From contig JAENYW010000001.1 of NCBI GenBank assembly GCA_016841555.1, forward strand, positions 429 to 64,428: a stretch of 64,000 bases of DNA, read 5' to 3'. The translations under genes were made by a program, and so were the position numbers. Positions 56,459-64,000 of this stretch are shown here, one piece after another (position 1 is the first letter of the stretch; the number at the start of each line of letters is the position of its first letter). The notes under the pieces were generated by a model, which made no database searches, had not been told where the DNA came from, and worked only from the letters and a program-made list of their open reading frames with translations. This DNA is from Tepidibacillus decaturensis. Its GTDB lineage: Bacteria; Bacillota; Bacilli; Tepidibacillales; Tepidibacillaceae.

Positions 56459-57412
56459 ATGATAGTGATTGAAATAGAAAAGCCTAAAATTGAAATAGTA
56501 GAGACAAGTGAAGATGGTACCTATGGGAAAATTGTTGTAGAACCTTTAGAACGAGGCTACGGTACTACACTTGGTAACTCACTAAGACGTATCTTACTAT
56601 CTTCTTTGCCAGGTGCAGCTGTGACCTCCATTCAAATAGATGGGGTTTTGCATGAGTTTTCTACAATACCCGGCGTAGTAGAAGATACAACTGAAATTAT
56701 ATTAAACCTGAAGAAACTTTCGTTAAAAATTCACTCGGATGAGGAAAAAATATTAGAGATAGATGTTGATGGTATGGATGGTAATATCACAGCTGGTGAT
56801 ATTAGTGCAGATAGTGATGTGGAGATATTAAATCCTGATTTACATATTGCTACTGTAAACGAGCATGCTAGATTTCGTATGCGAATTCATGCTAATAGTG
56901 GTCGTGGATATGTTCCTGCAGATCGTAATAAAAACGAAGAACAACCTATAGGAATGATTCCAGTCGATTCAATCTATACTCCAATTACAAGAGTTAACTT
57001 CAGCGTAGAAAATACCCGTGTAGGCCAAGTTACAAATTTTGACAAATTAATGTTAGAAATATGGACTGATGGAAGCATTCGTCCTGAGGAAGCAGTAAGC
57101 TTAGGTGCGAAAATTCTTACAGAACATTTAGATTTATTTGTCGGTTTAACGAAAGAAGCAAAAGAAGCAGAGATAATGGTAGAAAAAGAAGAAGACCAAA
57201 AAGAAAAAGTATTAGAGATGACAATAGAAGAGTTAGATCTTTCTGTTCGCTCATATAACTGCTTAAAAAGAGCTGGAATTAATACGGTTCAAGAATTATC
57301 AACGAAATCTGAAGAAGATATGATGAAGGTTCGTAACTTAGGGCGAAAATCCCTCGAAGAAGTTCAAACTAAGCTTGATGATCTTGGACTTGGTCTTCGC
57401 AATGAAGAATAA
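56459..57412 (+). CDS. rpoA: DNA-directed RNA polymerase subunit alpha
   Basis: [15 protein letters not shown]...[30 protein letters not shown]... ATG at 56459 follows GAAGGAGGG. The track start at 56387 is spurious. Confidence 0.97.
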   Translation: MIVIEIEKPKIEIVETSEDGTYGKIVVEPLERGYGTTLGNSLRRILLSSLPGAAVTSIQIDGVLHEFSTIPGVVEDTTEIILNLKKLSLKIHSDEEKILEIDVDGMDGNITAGDISADSDVEILNPDLHIATVNEHARFRMRIHANSGRGYVPADRNKNEEQPIGMIPVDSIYTPITRVNFSVENTRVGQVTNFDKLMLEIWTDGSIRPEEAVSLGAKILTEHLDLFVGLTKEAKEAEIMVEKEEDQKEKVLEMTIEELDLSVRSYNCLKRAGINTVQELSTKSEEDMMKVRNLGRKSLEEVQTKLDDLGLGLRNEE

Positions 57413-57436
57413 TGATGGATAAAGGAGGGACAAGGA

Positions 57437-57802
57437 ATGGCATATGGAAAGCTTGGTCGCAATTCAGCAGCTCGTAAAGCATTGTTCCGTGACCTCGTTA
57501 CTGATTTAATTATAAATGAACGAATTGAAACAACTGAATCAAAAGCAAAAGAAGTTCGTTCCATTGCGGAAAAATTAATTACCCGTGCAAAACGTGGAGA
57601 TCTTCATGCTCGTAGACAAGTTGCTTCATTTGTAAGAAGAGAAGTAGCAGATGCTGAAAATAATCAAGACGCGATACAAAAACTTTTTAGTGATATCGCA
57701 CCGCGTTTTTCTGAACGTCAGGGAGGATATACACGTATTTTGAAAATTGGTCCTCGCCGCGGAGACGCTGCACCAATGGTATATCTTGAATTAGTAGAAT
57801 AA
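57437..57802 (+). CDS. rplQ: 50S ribosomal protein L17
   Basis: 121 aa: [28 protein letters not shown]... Confidence 0.97.
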   Translation: MAYGKLGRNSAARKALFRDLVTDLIINERIETTESKAKEVRSIAEKLITRAKRGDLHARRQVASFVRREVADAENNQDAIQKLFSDIAPRFSERQGGYTRILKIGPRRGDAAPMVYLELVE

Positions 57803-57815
57803 TTTTTAGAAGCAT

Positions 57816-57872
57816 AAGGGTGAGGACAGAGTCTGTTAACTTAAAGATTCTGATACTACACCCTTTTTCTTT
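57816..57872 (+). terminator. Terminator after rplQ (compound hairpin)
   Basis: AAGGGTG ... CACCCTTTTTCTTTT with an inner CAGAGTC/GATTCTG stem. Confidence 0.55.
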
Positions 57873-57907
57873 TGTTTAATTTAGAACATATGGAGTAGGA
57901 GAAAACC

Positions 57908-58744
57908 ATGATGAAACCATACATACAATTAAAAAACATCACCTATTGTTATCCTAATAATAGCCATCTGGCTATAAACAACATATCCATGACAATTTAT
58001 ACGCATCAGTTTATCTCCATACTAGGTCCTAATGGTTCAGGAAAATCTACTCTTGCAAAAATATTAAATGGATTATTATTTTGTGATGAAGGGGTTGTTA
58101 TTGTTGATGCAATACAACTACCAGAAGAAAGAGAGCAAATTTGGGAAGTTCGTAAATTAGTAGGTATGGTATTTCAGAATCCAGACAATCAGTTAATTGC
58201 TAATACAGTAGAAGAAGATGTAGCATTTGGATTAGAGAATCAAGGGATATCAATAGACAAAATGAGAATTCGTATAGACGAAGCCTTAGACAAGGTTGGA
58301 TTAACCTCCTATAAAACAGTCGAACCACATCATCTTTCTGGAGGACAGAAACAAAAAGTAGCTATTGCTGGTATTATAGCAATGAAGCCTAAAGTGATTA
58401 TATTAGACGAGGCAACCTCTATGCTAGATCCAAAGGGAAGAAAGGAAGTACTTCAAACAGTAAAGCAATTAAATGAGAATGAAAATATTACGATTATACA
58501 AATTACTCATGATATGCAGGAAACACTTTTATCTGATAGAATCATAGTAATGAATAATGGAGAGCTTTTACTTGATGGGCCACCTAAAAAAGTATTATCA
58601 AAAAGGGAATTATTACATAGTATTGGGTTAGATGTTCCTTTGGCAAGTGAATTGGCAGATAGATTAAGGGAAAAAGGCTTTCCTTTTTCCGAAGATATTG
58701 TAACGGAAGAGGAGCTAGTTCGTGAATTATGGACATTTCTATAA
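57908..58744 (+). CDS. ecfA1: ECF transporter ATPase component EcfA1
   Basis: Walker A GPNGSGKST, signature LSGGQKQKVAIAG, Walker B IILDEATS. First gene of an ecfA1-ecfA2-ecfT trio. Confidence 0.92.
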   Translation: MMKPYIQLKNITYCYPNNSHLAINNISMTIYTHQFISILGPNGSGKSTLAKILNGLLFCDEGVVIVDAIQLPEEREQIWEVRKLVGMVFQNPDNQLIANTVEEDVAFGLENQGISIDKMRIRIDEALDKVGLTSYKTVEPHHLSGGQKQKVAIAGIIAMKPKVIILDEATSMLDPKGRKEVLQTVKQLNENENITIIQITHDMQETLLSDRIIVMNNGELLLDGPPKKVLSKRELLHSIGLDVPLASELADRLREKGFPFSEDIVTEEELVRELWTFL

Positions 58745-59613
58745 TAAATGTATCTTATACTTATATGAAAAACACACCACTAGAAAGAAAGGCTTTAGAA
58801 GATATTAATTTAACTATTCCTAGTGAAAGAATTACTGGCATTATAGGACATACAGGTTCAGGAAAATCAACCTTGATTCAATTGATTGGTGCACTCACCT
58901 TTCCTGATAAAGGATTTATAAAAGTAGGTAACACGGAGTGGAGTACAAAACGAAGTAATAAGGGAAAAAATAAAAATCTATATGAGTTAAGAAAGCATAT
59001 TGGCATCGCTTTTCAATATCCTGAACATCAATTATTTGAAGAAACAGTTGAAAAAGATATTGCATTTGGGCCGAAAAACTTTGGCTTTGACGAGCAGCAT
59101 ATCTCACAATTAATAAAAGAATCAATGGAAATGGTTCAATTACCCTATGATATATTTGCAAAACGATCTCCTTTTGAATTAAGCGGAGGTCAAATGAGAA
59201 GAACAGCTATTGCAGGTGTTTTAGCATTCAAACCTAAAGTATTAATCCTTGATGAACCAACTGCAGGCTTAGATCCAAATGGTAAAAAAGAAATTCTTCA
59301 AATGATAAAAAACCTACATGAACGAAATAAAATGACAACAATTATTGTATCCCATAGTATGGATGAAATTGCAGCCATTGCGGATCAATTGGTTGTTTTA
59401 AATAAAGGAAGCGTATTGTTACAGGGGAAACCAGAAGAAATATTCCAAAATAAAGAGGTTATACAGGAAATAGGTTTAGATATTCCAGAAATCACAAAAT
59501 TAATAATAACACTTAATCAGCAGGTTCACCCACCAATACCATACCATTGCTTTTCCATTGATGAATTGGAAAAGCACCTTCTTGAACGATTAAAAAAGGG
59601 GAAAAGTAGATGA
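58729..59613 (+). CDS. ecfA2: ECF transporter ATPase component EcfA2
   Basis: Walker A GHTGSGKST, signature LSGGQMRRTAIAG, Walker B LILDEPTAG. 16-nt overlap with ecfA1. Confidence 0.92.
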   Translation: MDISIINVSYTYMKNTPLERKALEDINLTIPSERITGIIGHTGSGKSTLIQLIGALTFPDKGFIKVGNTEWSTKRSNKGKNKNLYELRKHIGIAFQYPEHQLFEETVEKDIAFGPKNFGFDEQHISQLIKESMEMVQLPYDIFAKRSPFELSGGQMRRTAIAGVLAFKPKVLILDEPTAGLDPNGKKEILQMIKNLHERNKMTTIIVSHSMDEIAAIADQLVVLNKGSVLLQGKPEEIFQNKEVIQEIGLDIPEITKLIITLNQQVHPPIPYHCFSIDELEKHLLERLKKGKSR

Positions 59614-60416
59614 GCTTATCTAACTATTTAATTATTGGACAATATATTCCACGGGATTCTTTTATTCACAGACTTGATCCAAGATCAAAAATAATGTTTT
59701 CCTTTTTATTCATATCTTTTATTTTTTTAGCAGATAATATAACAGGATATATTATTCTTCTGGTATTTACCCTAGTTGGAATGTTCATCTCTAGTATTCC
59801 TTTTTCGTATTACATAAAAGGACTTATTCCTATCCTATGGATGATTCTCTTTACAACCATCCTACATGTAACCATGACAAAGGGTGGGACAATCGTTATA
59901 GATTTGCATTGGATAACAATCTATAGCGAGGGTATCCAACAGGCATTATTTGTCGCATTAAGATTATTATTACTTGTCATCATTGCTTCCATGCTAACAT
60001 TAACCACAGCACCTATTGATTTGACAGCAGGGCTAGAACGCTTATTTTACCCATTAAAACGGATAAAGGTACCTGTTCATGAATTAGCGCTAATGATGTC
60101 CATATCCTTACGTTTTATTCCTACATTATTAGAAGAAACAGAAAAAATAATGAAGGCACAGAAGGCGAGAGGTGCCAATTTTGAATCAGGCCCATTACAT
60201 AAAAGATTAATGATAATGATAGCAATTATTATTCCTTTGTTTATCAGTGCATTTAAACGAGCTGAAGAATTAGCTGATGCAATGGAGGCAAGAGGGTATC
60301 ATGGAGGAAAAGGAAGGACAAGACTTCGAGTATTTACCTTTACATGGCGAGATCTTTTTCTTATGCTCCTATTTATTACCCTGCTTACCTTAATGATTAT
60401 AGTAAGAGGGAATTAA
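59610..60416 (+). CDS. ecfT: ECF transporter transmembrane component EcfT
   Basis: 268 aa polytopic CbiQ-family protein (conserved ...ARG... helix: MKAQKARGANF, AMEARGY). ATGA overlap with ecfA2. Confidence 0.9.
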   Translation: MSLSNYLIIGQYIPRDSFIHRLDPRSKIMFSFLFISFIFLADNITGYIILLVFTLVGMFISSIPFSYYIKGLIPILWMILFTTILHVTMTKGGTIVIDLHWITIYSEGIQQALFVALRLLLLVIIASMLTLTTAPIDLTAGLERLFYPLKRIKVPVHELALMMSISLRFIPTLLEETEKIMKAQKARGANFESGPLHKRLMIMIAIIIPLFISAFKRAEELADAMEARGYHGGKGRTRLRVFTFTWRDLFLMLLFITLLTLMIIVRGN

Positions 60417-60417
60417 C

Positions 60418-61155
60418 ATGAATAGAAATATAAAATGCGAAATAAGCTATGATGGAACTGATTTTCATGGATTTCAAATTCAACCAAACCACAGAACGGT
60501 TCAAGGAGAACTAGAGAGCGCTTTATATCGATTAACCAAGCAAAAAATTAGCATAAACGCATCAGGCAGAACCGATGCAGGCGTTCATGCGAAAAAGCAG
60601 GTATGTAACTTTATAACAGATAGCAACATACCAGGAGAAAAGTGGAGGCTTGCTTTAAAACCAGAACTTCCAGATGATATTATTATGGTGAATACAACAG
60701 AAGCACCACTATCTTTTCATTCACGATTTGATGTGAAGAAAAAGACTTATAGATATTATATCTACCATCATATGTCCCCAGATATCTTTCATAGAAGATT
60801 TAGTTGGCATTATCCCTATAAGCTTGATCTGGAGTTAATGCAAGTAGCAAGTCAGTTATTTGAAGGAGAACATGATTTCACCAATTTTTCCTCCGCTAGA
60901 ACAGATAAAGAAAATAAAATAAGAAGAATTGATGAAGCAATGCTTTGGAAGGAAGGAAATGAAATCATCTTTCAAATCAGTGGTAGTGGATTTTTATATA
61001 ATATGGTTCGTATTATTATGGGAACATTAATAGAAGTAGGACGAAAAAAAATGAATAAAGAAGAAATCATTCCTTTATTCTATACAAAAGAAAAGATTCT
61101 AAAAGCAAAAACAGCTCCAGCTCACGGACTATCCTTATGGGATGTTCAATATTAG
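60418..61155 (+). CDS. truA: tRNA pseudouridine(38-40) synthase
   Basis: ISYDGTDFHGFQIQPN ... SGRTDAGVHA (catalytic Asp) ... GFLYNMVRIIMGTL. Confidence 0.94.
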   Translation: MNRNIKCEISYDGTDFHGFQIQPNHRTVQGELESALYRLTKQKISINASGRTDAGVHAKKQVCNFITDSNIPGEKWRLALKPELPDDIIMVNTTEAPLSFHSRFDVKKKTYRYYIYHHMSPDIFHRRFSWHYPYKLDLELMQVASQLFEGEHDFTNFSSARTDKENKIRRIDEAMLWKEGNEIIFQISGSGFLYNMVRIIMGTLIEVGRKKMNKEEIIPLFYTKEKILKAKTAPAHGLSLWDVQY

Positions 61156-61183
61156 ACAACGATTCCTAGCGTGCAGAAAATTC

Positions 61184-61212
61184 TTGACGTGAGCATCTTA
61201 ATGTAGTATTAT
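61184..61212 (+). promoter_or_regulatory. Candidate promoter of rplM-rpsI (TTGACG-17-TATTAT)
   Basis: TTGACG at 61184-61189 and TATTAT at 61207-61212. Confidence 0.5.
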
Positions 61213-61337
61213 ATTCTTTGGTATTTCATTACCCACAGCCCCGGGTATTGATATATTCGAATAAAACATATTACATTGTGAATGAACACATAAAAATTAA
61301 AAAAACATTGATTGGATATAGATTAGGAGGGAAGACA
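61213..61337 (+). promoter_or_regulatory. rplM 5' leader (position of the Firmicute L13 leader element)
   Basis: ~125-nt untranslated leader between the promoter and rplM. An L13-leader RNA is known at this position in Bacilli. I did not verify its secondary structure. Confidence 0.4.
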
Positions 61338-61775
61338 ATGCGTACCACATTCATGGCGAAGCCTAGTGAAGTTGAACGCAAATGGTATGTCATCGATGCA
61401 GAAGGTCAAAGACTTGGTCGTTTAGCATCAGAAGTTGCTAGTATCCTTCGTGGTAAAAATAAACCACAATTTACACCTCATATTGATACCGGTGATTTTG
61501 TCATTATCATTAATGCAGACAAAATAGAATTAACAGGAAAAAAACTACAACAGAAAAAATATTATCGTCACTCTGGATATCCAGGTGGTTTAAAAGTAAC
61601 GGTTGCTGCTGATATGCTGAAAAACAAGCCTGATCGTATGATCGAGCTTGCAGTAAAGGGCATGCTACCTAAAGGAACACTTGGACGTCAACAAGGGATG
61701 AAATTAAAAGTTTATGCTGGTTCAGAACATCCACATCAAGCTCAAAATCCGCAAGCTTGGGAAATTAAAGGTTAA
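61338..61775 (+). CDS. rplM: 50S ribosomal protein L13
   Basis: [43 protein letters not shown]... ATG at 61338 follows AGGAGGG. The track start at 61218 is spurious. Confidence 0.97.
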   Translation: MRTTFMAKPSEVERKWYVIDAEGQRLGRLASEVASILRGKNKPQFTPHIDTGDFVIIINADKIELTGKKLQQKKYYRHSGYPGGLKVTVAADMLKNKPDRMIELAVKGMLPKGTLGRQQGMKLKVYAGSEHPHQAQNPQAWEIKG

Positions 61776-61793
61776 TAGAAGGAGGGTATACCT

Positions 61794-62186
61794 TTGGCAC
61801 AAGTTCAATATTATGGTACAGGTCGTCGTAAAAATTCTGTAGCTCGTGTTCGTTTAGTACCAGGCGATGGACTAATAATAATTAACAAACGTGATATAGA
61901 TGATTACTTTGGCTTAGAAACCTTAAAGCTTATTACAAAGCAACCATTAGTTGCTACAGAAACACTTAATGCCTATGATGTATTAGTAAATGTACATGGT
62001 GGAGGATACACAGGTCAAGCTGGAGCAATTCGCCACGGAATTTCCCGTGCGTTATTACAAGCTGATCCAGAATATCGTCCAGTATTGAAAAAAGCAGGCT
62101 TCTTAACACGTGACCCACGTATGAAAGAACGTAAAAAATACGGACTTAAAGCTGCACGTCGTGCACCACAGTTCTCCAAACGTTAA
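61794..62186 (+). CDS. rpsI: 30S ribosomal protein S9
   Basis: TTG start after GAAGGAGGG. (M)[23 protein letters not shown] ... [17 protein letters not shown]. Confidence 0.97.
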   Translation: MAQVQYYGTGRRKNSVARVRLVPGDGLIIINKRDIDDYFGLETLKLITKQPLVATETLNAYDVLVNVHGGGYTGQAGAIRHGISRALLQADPEYRPVLKKAGFLTRDPRMKERKKYGLKAARRAPQFSKR

Positions 62187-62201
62187 TTGTATACAATGTT
62201 T

Positions 62202-62231
62202 AAAAGCATCCAATTTATTGGATGCTTTTTA
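62202..62231 (+). terminator. Intrinsic terminator after rpsI
   Basis: AAAAGCATCCAAT-TT-ATTGGATGCTTTTT: 9-bp stem with an A-tract before and a T-tract after. Confidence 0.85.
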
Positions 62232-62445
62232 TTATCTATCACAATCCTTGTTATTGTGCTATTTTTCATTTATGAGGACAAAGATTCTAAAACGTATTTT
62301 TTTTAAAAAATTATTCATTAATTTTCATATGGAGTATTTTGTAGCATATGTGAACTAGCTATGTAAGATACTAAGAATTAAAGACTATAACACCCATGGG
62401 ATAAAAATCACCCTAAATATAGGGTTTGGTTACGATATAGGATTT

Positions 62446-62475
62446 TTGTTAAAGTATTACCTTACATGTTATAAT
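62446..62475 (+). promoter_or_regulatory. Candidate promoter (TTGTTA-18-TGtTATAAT) inside the rpsI-kamA spacer
   Basis: TTGTTA at 62446-62451 and an extended -10 TGTTATAAT ending at 62475. Confidence 0.5.
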
Positions 62476-62705
62476 ACTTGCTAGATAATAAAATCTTATG
62501 AAGTATGGTTAGTTGGTAGGCTTTGGATGTGAGCTAAAGTATGTGATTATTTTTGGATAATTATAGATTTTTGTTAACTACCAAATCATTTCTAGCTGAA
62601 ATCTAATCTGAAAAATAATTATTTTAGAGACTGGGATTTTTATTGGTTCAAAGGGATCAATAATAGACTATGGAATAACCGTGGTTTAAGGTGAGTCAGT
62701 AGGCG

Positions 62706-62759
62706 AAACCTGAATACTCTAACCTCTTTTTAAAAGGGGTGGAGTATTCAGGTTTTTTT
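62706..62759 (+). terminator. Strong intrinsic terminator ~80 nt upstream of kamA
   Basis: AAACCTGAATACTC ... GAGTATTCAGGTTT (14 bp perfect) with an inner CCTCTTT/AAAGGGG extension, followed by a 7-T run. Confidence 0.8.
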
Positions 62760-62837
62760 ATTTTCTTTTATGTAAGAGGAAAACTATAAAGAGAGAAATT
62801 GTGACGAAAGAATAGAAAAAATGGGAGAGTGAGAGGA

Positions 62838-64000
62838 TTGACTTATTGGCAAAGTGTTGATTTATGGAAGGATGTAACAGAAGCACAGTGGAATGATTGG
62901 ATGTGGCAGCTTACTAATACCATTCGAACCTTAGATGAATTGAAAAAGGTAATCCCTTTAACCCCTGAGGAGGAGGAAGGGGTAAAGGTTGCTAATTCAA
63001 CCATTCCTTTAAATATAACTCCTTATTATGCCATGATGATGGACCCTAAGGACCCTAATTGTCCAATACGACGTCAGGCTGTTCCTTTGTCTTATGAATC
63101 ACAAAGGACTCCTTATGATATGACAGATCCTTTACATGAGGATACAGATGCACCTGTTCAGGGATTAACCCATCGTTATCCAGACCGTGTCTTATTTTTA
63201 TTAACCAATCAATGTGCAATGTACTGTCGTCATTGTACCCGCCGTCGTTTTTCAGGGCATATTGGTCAAGGTGTTCCCAAAAAACAGTTAGATGCAGCAA
63301 TTCAATATATTCGAAATCATCCTGAAATCAGAGATGTATTACTCTCTGGTGGAGACGCATTATTAATTAATGATCGAACGTTGGAATATATTTTTAAGGA
63401 ATTACGCAGTATTCCGCATGTTGAGATTATTCGAATAGGAACAAGGGCTCCAGTTGTTTTTCCACAGCGGATTACCAAGAATTTAACGGACATTATTCAA
63501 AAGTACCATCCAATTTGGATTAATACTCACTTTAATCATCCGAATGAGATTACTCCTGAAGCAATAGAATCAGTAGAAAGATTAGCAAATGCAGGTGTTC
63601 CTTTAGGAAATCAATCGGTTCTTCTTGCAGGCATCAATGACTGTCCCAATATCATGAAAAAATTAATGCATGAATTAGTAAAAATTCGTGTTCGACCTTA
63701 CTATATCTATCAGTGTGATTTATCGGAAGGAATCGGTCATTTCCGTACACCAGTTTCAAAAGGACTAGAAATCATCGAAGCGTTAAGAGGCCATACTTCT
63801 GGCTATGCAGTACCAACCTTTGTGGTAGATGCTCCTGGAGGAGGAGGAAAAATACCAGTCATGCCAAACTATGTGGTATCGCAAAGTGCTGACAAAATTA
63901 TTTTACGTAATTATGAGGGAGTTATTACCTCTTATCCTGAACCAGAAAATTATCATTCTCATGACAAAGAGAATTGTGAGTATTGTCAGACACAAAAGGG
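62838..64000 (+). CDS. kamA: Lysine 2,3-aminomutase (radical SAM), 3' end beyond window
   Basis: Not in the ORF track (no stop inside the window). Read directly: ...WQSVDLWKDVTEAQWNDWMWQLTNTIRTLDELKKVIPLTPEEEEG..., radical-SAM CAMYCRHCTRRR, GGDALL, YYIYQCDLSEGIGHFRTP, VVDAPGGGGKIP. The start (TTG at 62838 or GTG at 62829) is uncertain. Confidence 0.93.
   Translation, partial: MTYWQSVDLWKDVTEAQWNDWMWQLTNTIRTLDELKKVIPLTPEEEEGVKVANSTIPLNITPYYAMMMDPKDPNCPIRRQAVPLSYESQRTPYDMTDPLHEDTDAPVQGLTHRYPDRVLFLLTNQCAMYCRHCTRRRFSGHIGQGVPKKQLDAAIQYIRNHPEIRDVLLSGGDALLINDRTLEYIFKELRSIPHVEIIRIGTRAPVVFPQRITKNLTDIIQKYHPIWINTHFNHPNEITPEAIESVERLANAGVPLGNQSVLLAGINDCPNIMKKLMHELVKIRVRPYYIYQCDLSEGIGHFRTPVSKGLEIIEALRGHTSGYAVPTFVVDAPGGGGKIPVMPNYVVSQSADKIILRNYEGVITSYPEPENYHSHDKENCEYCQTQK

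Noticed and set aside
62161-62358. 65-aa ORF overlapping the end of rpsI and its terminator
   Set aside because: It starts inside rpsI and runs through the terminator hairpin. It has no SD, and its hydrophobic low-complexity translation is typical of AT-rich non-coding DNA.

Overview
AT-rich, low-GC Firmicute (Bacillaceae-type) chromosomal core, almost entirely on the + strand. It runs in the gene order known from Bacillus: ctsR-mcsA-mcsB-clpC, radA-disA, (psd-pssA, carD-like), yacL-ispD-ispF, gltX-[Cys T-box]-cysE-cysS-mrnC-rlmB-yacP, sigH, rpmG-secE-nusG, rplKAJL, a methyltransferase, rpoBC, L7Ae-rpsL-rpsG-fusA-tuf. The S10/spc/alpha ribosomal operons follow (rpsJ to rplQ, including secY-adk-map-infA-rpmJ-rpoA), then ecfA1A2T-truA and rplM-rpsI. 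The window ends inside a lysine 2,3-aminomutase gene (kamA). Three small genes or open-ended ORFs missing from the ORF track were read directly from the sequence: rpmG (L33), rpmJ (L36) and kamA. Many track ORFs begin upstream of the true start, so starts were re-placed using SD spacing and homologue N-termini. Every minus-strand ORF in the track lies antisense inside a conserved gene and is treated as spurious. I found no rRNA, tRNA, CRISPR array, transposase, integrase, phage gene or recognisable defence or toxin module. I also found no evidence for a novel multi-gene system; this is an ordinary, highly conserved region. The departures from the Bacillus subtilis-type layout are psd-pssA plus a CarD-family gene between disA and yacL, and a ~6-kb liv-type ABC transporter + DMT transporter cassette between tuf and rpsJ. 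The most interesting unexplained signals are non-coding. One is a ~600-nt ORF-free region upstream of kamA with its own promoter and a very strong intrinsic terminator. The other is a duplicated terminator hairpin bracketing a 147-nt structured insert downstream of sigH. All promoter, leader and structure calls come from reading the sequence only and need computational or experimental confirmation.
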